In this document: piece after piece, positions 56,363 through 64,000 of the stretch | Numbering within the stretch: position 1 is the first letter of the stretch | Layout: the number at the start of each line of letters is the position of its first letter | From: Syncephalis fuscata S228 | Lineage: Eukaryota; Fungi; Zoopagomycota | Reading direction: 5' to 3' | Length of the DNA stretch: 64,000 bases | NCBI GenBank assembly: GCA_025786725.1 | Contig: JAHLTZ010000005.1 | Span: 830,191 to 894,190 of the forward strand | The notes under the pieces: generated by a model | Database searches by the model: none | Told to the model about the DNA's origin: nothing | The model's input: only the letters and a program-made list of their open reading frames with translations | Made by a program: the position numbers and the translations under genes

Positions 56363-58033
56363 ATGACAATCATTTAAAGTTAATGAATATAAAGAACTTG
56401 CTGTATCGGATAGCTGTAGTAGTACAAAAGTTTCAGTTCAGGCTGAAATGCGCTGTCGTCAGTTAATATCAGATATTGATATAGCATTGGATGAAGCATT
56501 AAAAGAATTGCCCATACAACAGCCACCATATTCAAAGCGCGCCATTGAAATGGATATGGATAGAATGCAATTTACATAGAGAAATTACGTGTTATACAAT
56601 TGCCAACACCACCAAGTTGGTCAGGTGCTGCGTGTTGGCTAGGTACAGCACCTAGAATGTTGATTGCACAACGTGGTCAATTACAACTACTTAATCTTGA
56701 TCTTGAGGTACGTATTATTAACCATATTAGTTATTGCTACGATTAAATGTATTATAGGAAGAGGAACATATTGAGTTATCGGGAGAGACGCCAATTACTG
56801 GTGTATTGGGCCAGATAGAAGCACTCGGTGGTCTATATCTAGCATTGGGTCATGCATCTGGTCGAGTGGATATTCTTGATCCATGGGGTCATCGTTTGTA
56901 TAGAACATCATTGAGTGCATCCATTACTAGTATGGCATTGGTTAAAGAGCAACAAGGTATTATTATAAATACTGTAAATGTTATAAATATACAGTAATAC
57001 TATATTGTGTTATTAATAGATGCCATTTGGGTTGTTGGCAATCGATCTGGCGAATTGATTGCTTTGGATCAAGGACAAATTCGATGGCGTATTGATACAA
57101 TGGACTATTTGAATACATGTCGTAAGGTATTGATTGTTACATAGCATATAAAATATACTAATCATCATAACAATTACACTTATATTATAATTAGACTTTT
57201 CCAAATAGTTGCGTTAAATCTCGACATAATGGCATTATTGCCATGGTATCTGCATGGCTGCCATTAAACTATGCGTCAACTGATTTACAACATCAGTTGA
57301 TTGTCAGTTCAAGTGCATTTCCTGATGTATTGACTAGTGTATTAGCAGGCAAAATAATATGGACTGCAGGTACACCGGCTCGTGTAAATACGGTAAGTAG
57401 TTTATATGACTATTATTACTATCATTTGTATTGATGTCAATTTATTATTTAATTATTGTAATCTACTTATAATTAGGTGGCAGTCGGTTATTTCGATACT
57501 TCACTTGGTGCAATATCTACATGTGAACAAGTTGTAGCCGGTTGTGAAGATGGAGCCATTTACCTAATGGATGCAATGTTATCCAGCAATGACGTGGTAA
57601 TTGTAATTAGTCTAGTACATATACACCATTGCTTATCAGCTATTCATTAGAGTTTTAAACAACTAGCTCAGCTCAGACAGCCTATACGTCAATTGGTTGC
57701 TATGCCATTAGCCTTTCATTCTACTGAATCTACTATGATGATTGCCTGTGTCACTTTAACCAATACACTAACATTGGTTCGGAATGGAATGGTAGATATA
57801 TTGCCAGCTAATAATGGGATAGTATAGTAACATTATTTATTTAGATTCAATGTCAAATTGAAACATCTGACTGGATTCACTATGCAAGTATTCCATTGAA
57901 TACGAATACAACGGTTAAAAATAATGGCCAAGAACCAATGATAGCCGATAATTTACTAACTATATCCATGGCCAATGGAAAAGTTGGTTGGTATCGAGTT
58001 AATATTACGGATACCATTGAATCATCTGTATAA
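56363..58033 (+). CDS. Beta-propeller (WD40/FG-GAP-like) protein of unknown function, multi-exon
   Basis: Propeller-like blades LALGHASGRVDILD, ITSMAL..VVGNRSGELIALD, VAVGYFD...VVAGCEDGAIYL and PIRQLVAM. About 6 GT-AG introns; frame break near 56575. Confidence 0.55.
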
Positions 58034-58295
58034 TGATCGATATATCAAAAAAAGCTAGTTTTCAATTAATAATGTATTTATCCACTTATTTGTAGTCTAT
58101 ACAAATATAATACGTGTATTTCAGTTGTTTGTTTTATTACAATAAATATAATAAAATATAATAAAATTAATTAATTAATTAATCATTGCAGCATTAATTA
58201 CTGGTATTATTGTTTGTGTTATTCGGATCTGAATCTGTTTCATTCTCGTTCTACTTAACTTGGTCTTGTTCGCTACTAATTAGCTATTATTCGCC

Positions 58296-59310
58296 ATGAG
58301 ATTGACCGCAGATTTGATCGCAGATTCCCCGTCGTTTATGAATGCGGTGCGCGATCGTGAGCTTGATCTGCGTAGTATCCTCTTTGATGACGCACTGTGA
58401 ACTATTTAACATTGTTATACACTTGACTCTTTATATTTAGACAACAAGCTTCAAGCGATCGAGAATCTAGGCGCGTCAAAAGTAGGGAAATAAGCAGCGC
58501 TGTAGTGTATGATACACGCGATGACTAACCTATATTCAGGATCAACACGATACTATAGATTTGACAAATAACGATATTCGTATATTGCATAACTTTCCGC
58601 GACTTCACCGTCTACAAAGCTTGATTTGTTGCAACAATCGTGTAGGACGAATTGCAAATGAGCTTGGCGAACAGCTGCCCAATCTCGAGACACTTGTACT
58701 TACTAACAATGCACTTACTGAGCTTAGCGACCTAGCTAGCTTAGGCGATTTAAAACAACTAACTTATGTCACTCTATTGGATAATCCAGTTACTAGACGT
58801 GAGCACTATCGAGAATTCCTTATCTGGCGTTGTCCAGCACTACGTGTCATCGACTTCCAACGTATACGTGACAAGGTAACTATATAGAACATGAAAGGAT
58901 TAGGGTACTAATCATAATGGGTAATTAATTATTATATTGATAATGATCTAGGAGCGTGTCTCAGCCAAGAAACTATTTGAGACCGCTGAAGGGGAATTAA
59001 CTTCATTAGCGAAATCTATTATTGAACCTAAGGTAGCAAAGGTCTTTACACCCGGTGAAGGTGTAGGCGGTGTTGCTGGTGGATCTATTGCTGGTGCATC
59101 TGCCGGTGGATCCGTCCCTACCATTGGTATTAGTGCTGAGGATCAGGCAAAGATTCAGGTAATTGGTGTAGCTATTGATAGCTTGAATAAGCGATACTAA
59201 ATATATTACAATAACAATAGGAAGCAATTAAGAATGCAAAGAGTCTTGACGAAGTGGCTAAACTTGAACGTATGCTACGTGCTGGTCATGTTCCAGGAGC
59301 CAAGCGATAA
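58296..59310 (+). CDS. LEA1: U2 snRNP protein A' (SNRPA1/Lea1), 5 exons
   Basis: MRLTADLIADSPSFMNAVRDRELDLR, IENLG, DTIDLTNNDI, LRRs, LRRcap NPV...HYREFLIW..P.LRVIDFQRI, and C-terminal EAIKNAKSLDEVAKLERMLRAGHVP. Confidence 0.95.
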
Positions 59311-60183
59311 AAGCGTAGAATCATTGTTACTACGTGTATATGCACACATGTACGCATACCTCTGTGTGTGCAACCTATCTTATATACAGTTTAATAAATT
59401 CACTGGTAAAATAGCAATATTAATTTGTACAAAGCTTTTTTATTATTGTGGTGCACAATTACACAATAATTGCTTTTATTCAGTTGCTGATTATTATACA
59501 AGATAATATTTAAAAATGTGGTAACGAATTACTGATTTAATATTATACAAATTACTACAATTTTATTAATACGTAGTAATAATAATTTTATATTTTCTTT
59601 AATTTACGCAAGTGTCCTGCAACTGCTAAATACTGTTGGTTTTAATAATAAAATATTATGAATAATGGTCTATTTATTTGATCACATGATATAAATCAAT
59701 ATAAACAAATCTACTCTGATCTAAATACACACTAGCGCGTCACTCAGTTCATCCTCCGTTCTATTTTCAAATGCGAGCGATAAGCTTTACCATAACATAA
59801 CATACGCTTTTATTTCTACGCGATAACAATAACAACGTTGATCAACAGTATTTGCCATCATTACGTAGTTATACTGTTTAATTGCGTTTTTCTTTTTGTT
59901 CAGACTATTGAGTCATATTCTATATCGTTTCTACGTTTGTTTACTATAACCTTCTTTATTGACCGTTAAGTCGCGTTTTTTTGCCTTTATACGCTTCTAA
60001 GCCAGTATACAACGTGTATGTATCTAAAAAGCAATATTTAGCCTCTATTTAACTTTTTAAATTGAAGATCCAGTTTTGACTGATCTAACAATAACAGCAA
60101 CAACAAGGATTGATATATTGATTAAGCAATTCTAGTCAACAAAAAACACTTGTTAGCTAGTTATACTTACAAAAAGCAACACA

Positions 60184-63130
60184 ATGCCACGCGAACCACG
60201 CCGTCGATCTACGCGCTACACAGCAATTGGCCAACGAGGCCGGTAAGTTATATAGCGTCTTTTGTATATAACTTGTCGCTTTGTTACTATACTATAGCTT
60301 TTATTTACACGTTTATCTTTGTAGACGTACCGGCATTGGCAATACTACCAAAGAAAACACACAGCAGCCTGAATCTGTATTATTGAAAAATATTTTGATC
60401 AGATTGAAACTAATCAGCCATGTACCAACACTCAGCTGAATGATTTTCCAGTTGATTTTCGTATTACTGGTAAGTAGAATATGTATTCAAATATATAAAT
60501 AAGTCTTTATTTGTATACTAATACAACATTGTTATTAGATGGTACCGATGCTTCTAATACCTCAATATCATCATCTGTCTCTGCAGTATCTATTGTGGCT
60601 GAACTTGCCAATACCACCGATGAAGCAGTTGATGTGGCTGATGAGCATACCGGTAACATCGATGAAGCTATTGACACGGCCAATGAATCAATTAGTGCTG
60701 CCGATGAGCCAGCTAGTGCCGTCGCTGTACTGGCCAATGCTACCGATAAACCAGCCAATACTGCTGCAATGTATACAAATTCTGCCGAATATGCACGCAT
60801 TCGTGCTGCTTCTCACGAACTTCTAGACTTTGTATTCAAAAGCCATCGTTTTATTAAGGAAAAATCACATTCTAAGAACGAGTGCTTTGAATTAGCCGCT
60901 AAACAAAGTATGCGTATTTGCGGTAGCGAACAAGAGTTTATTGATATTGTAAATTCACAACACTCTGACAACAACGATCAATCGTCTGGTGTTAAGAAAG
61001 AACCTTCACTACTTGTTGAGCGCCAGTCTTCTAGCCTTGAACGAACAAGTAGCTGCATTAACGATCCAGCAGCTTTTGGTATTGAAGAAGAGCCAAGCTC
61101 ACTTAGTACAGTATCAAATACAGCTACATCACGTCCCTCTCGTCTTGGTCTTAGACAAACTCTTCCAGCATTAAGAGCGCCTTTAAAACATTGTCACGTC
61201 AGTGAGTTGCCGCGTAACAATCAAGAACCATTAACGACCGAGGATAAAGAAAAGGAACCAGCAAATGAGCAATATTACCCAGGAAAAGATTACAATATTT
61301 ATTATGAATCTGAAAACTATAGTAATTTACTGGTTATCGATGAGCCGAGCACAGATCTGGATGCCTTTTCTATTCCGCAAACAGCTGCTTCAACTGCGTC
61401 AGTGCGCCAATCTCTATTTTCAAAAGATATATTTAAAAGACCACCACCAGTAGCAGAGCTAAAGCGACATAAACAACAGCAGCAGCATAAATCACGCCGT
61501 GATGAACCAGACTATATAGCAATGATGGTTCGAGCAAAAGAAGATGGTTATCGAAGGGCTCCTTTACGGCCATATGTTCCCAAGGCACCTGTTAACGTTT
61601 ATCAACGTACAAAGGCAATAACGAGTAATCCGGCCTTTGGCGTAATTCGCAACAATAATCTATTGAGTGAACGACAGCGTCTTCTGGACACTCCCTCACT
61701 TAAATCCGATTTAAAAACAAATGAAATCCATACATGGGAGATGTATCGGTTCTACTCACCAAACAACCTTACCATTGCACATGACAGAGACTGGCAACTC
61801 ATCCAAGAGCTGCTGGTCAGTCTATTCGAGCACTTCCAACTGCCTGACTGTCCTGGCAATTGGTGGCGAGGTCTGGGTCCACGGCATGCCGATCTTCAAG
61901 ACATGTGGCAGTATCAGCAACTGCCAATAAATATGCGTCCTCTTCTTATGATAGCCGATGGGCGTCATATTTCAAAGTGCTGCGCGATCTGCATCGTGCC
62001 GATGATTTGATTGTTCGGCTCAATACCAACGACAATATTATTAAAATGCGATTGACTGAAGAGGCAGTTGCATTACTGGCAACACTCTATACTGGTTGTG
62101 AAGACCGCATTAATGAGCTTAGTGATGCGTTTGACCATGAGGCCATTCGCCATTATATGCAGGCGCAAGAAGTACCCGGCTTACCTGCTGCGTTAAGACA
62201 TGAGCAACTTATGAAAGCATTCAGCATTCCAGATGAACGACGCAGCCGAATCGAAGCCATTCAGAAGGAGCTGATGCGACAAGACCTCCCGCGAGGTGTT
62301 CTCACCTCTCTAGCCTATGCTTCAATACTAGAAACGCTCGATCTGTCACCGAGCGAAGTAATGACAGATGTAGTGGATGTTGTGCCTATTACAACAAAGG
62401 ACAACATACTTACCACAAAAAATCCGACGTTTAGTACATCTTCTCACGTACCAACGTCATCAACAGCTACAACAACGGCAACAGAAGAAGCGGCTACAAC
62501 AACATCGACAACAGTGGCAATAGCGGCAGCAGTAGCAGTGTCACCGCCACAACCATCCTCGCCAGCCGAGTGGCCTGCGCAGCTCGACCATTCGCTGAAC
62601 GATGCCTGGGATGCTAACGACTATGGTATGTACTTCAACTATTTTTATACATTGACTAAATAATTAATAGACATTCCAGACATGGTGGTAGCCGAGTCGC
62701 CTAAGAAGGCAAAGAAAAAACCAGCACCTAAACGTACAAATGTTAGCAAAACCGGTCCACGACAATGTAAGTAACTTATCAATAAACATATACTACCAAA
62801 CTAATCAATCAATCTAGTACGACGCAGTTCGCGACGCCGAATTGCGCCGCTAGCCTACTGGCGCAATGAACGCCAGCTAATGACTACCGACGTCATTAGT
62901 AAGTAACAATGTAAGAATAATATAAACTTATTAATTTTGATGTTGCAATAGATGGCCAAAATATACTTGTGGTCAAGGACATTGTTCGAGTGCCAGCAAC
63001 ACCTGTGCGACTTGCCGCTAAACCGAAGAAAAAAAACGGCAAACTAAGCGCAAAGGTAAGCGATTAAATTTTAATACTCGTCATTTACTAAGTACTAAAT
63101 ATATAGGCGCTAGTAAATAAACGGTTATAA
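60184..63130 (+). CDS. MIF2: Centromere protein C (CENP-C/Mif2/Cnp3) homolog
   Basis: Spliced N-terminus RYTAIGQRGR/RTGI...IEKYF resembles the Mif2 N-terminal motif (YMKLGLKSRKTG...ENIDDFF). Exon ~62818-62897 gives LRRSSRRRIAPLAYWRNER, a canonical CENP-C motif, followed by VKDIVRVP and a Lys-rich tail. Indels near 60380 and 61960. Confidence 0.78.
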
Positions 63131-63239
63131 CCGCATTATTAGCAGTATTATCAGTATCAGTATTGCTATTTGTTTTGTTATTATAATTTGTAAACAATAA
63201 AGAAATTAGTGAATATAACTATAATATGTTTTTTTTTAA

Positions 63240-64000
63240 CTTGCAATATAAATCATTAAACTATTTATTGACCATTTAATATGATTTGGTAATCAAATGG
63301 CTAAATTTAATAATATTTGCGTAATTGAACTACACATTCACTCTATTGAACATGGAGACAAGTGGTGAGTTTTATTTAATCGTCACGTCATCACACTTAT
63401 TGCTTTTTTGGGGGACAAATGACTAACATCTAATAACGCCCAATCTATTGAACATGATGATGGGTGGTGAGTGACATCAGTCATCAAATACTCGTCATCA
63501 TAGATTCGTTATCCAGTATGCATATATCCACCATTTACCTATATCATTGCCATTCTGTCCCACACTACTATGTATCATTCTACGATACACTAGACACATT
63601 TTATTGTTTATACGCGGCAATATACTTTGCTCATTCCATTCATTGCATTATATGCAATATAACGTTTAATATTATTTTTATGTTTTCTTGCCGTATACAC
63701 ATCATTCTATACTCGTCTAGCCTCACTCTATCCAAGTCTGTTTTTATTTTTGTTCTAGCTTTATTATTAATAAATGTCAAGTAATTCAGTTCATTGATTA
63801 TGCATACATGCACAATAACTTCAACATTACTAATCGTCACTCTGTAGTGCACATTCTTTATATTATATATTATTTTATTATTTATTAAATATATGCTAGC
63901 TATTGCAGTTATTCTTTTGGTTTAGCACTATTGTTAATAAATTTAATTCATTTCAACTTATTCATTTAGTAAATTATATTTAATTGAAACAAATAACAAT
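63240..64000 (+). mobile_element. Interspersed repeat family copy F (long copy, runs off window end)
   Basis: Two tandem terminal subunits (63270-63380, 63405-63545). 63700-64000 then aligns co-linearly with the interior of the 43640-44420 element (ATCATTCTATACTC...CTCTATCCAA..CTGTTTTTAT.TTTG.TCTAGCTTTATTATTAA). Confidence 0.8.

Overview
Eukaryotic, AT-rich, gene-dense fungal DNA with many short (mostly ~45-70 nt) spliceosomal introns. It most likely comes from an early-diverging fungus; a Zoopagomycota mycoparasite such as Syncephalis is my inference from intron style, animal-shared gene content and the secreted kinase-like genes. About 23 protein-coding genes are supported. Housekeeping genes: a chromodomain protein fragment, GRC3/NOL9, cystathionine beta-lyase, a P450, a DH-PH protein, a WDTC1-like DCAF, an LRR protein, mitochondrial EF-Tu, CDC50, a C6orf136-like gene, PP4R1-like, TBC1D13-like, ADK1, RNH201, a beta-propeller protein, U2A'/LEA1 and a CENP-C/Mif2 homolog. 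Accessory genes: a secreted ricin-B lectin, two secreted pseudokinases and two tandem signal-peptide/PA-like/multi-TM receptor-like paralogs. At least six copies of an unrecognised non-coding repeat family are present, including a ~780 bp element with long inverted arms. Top candidates for new biology: (1) secreted pseudokinase effectors next to this repeat family, (2) the tandem PA-like/GPWN/~7TM receptors, and (3) a CENP-C that appears to lack its cupin dimerisation domain. Many genes carry single-base frameshifts, and those I could resolve are in short homopolymers, so they are most likely long-read assembly errors. Exon boundaries were read by eye and are approximate.
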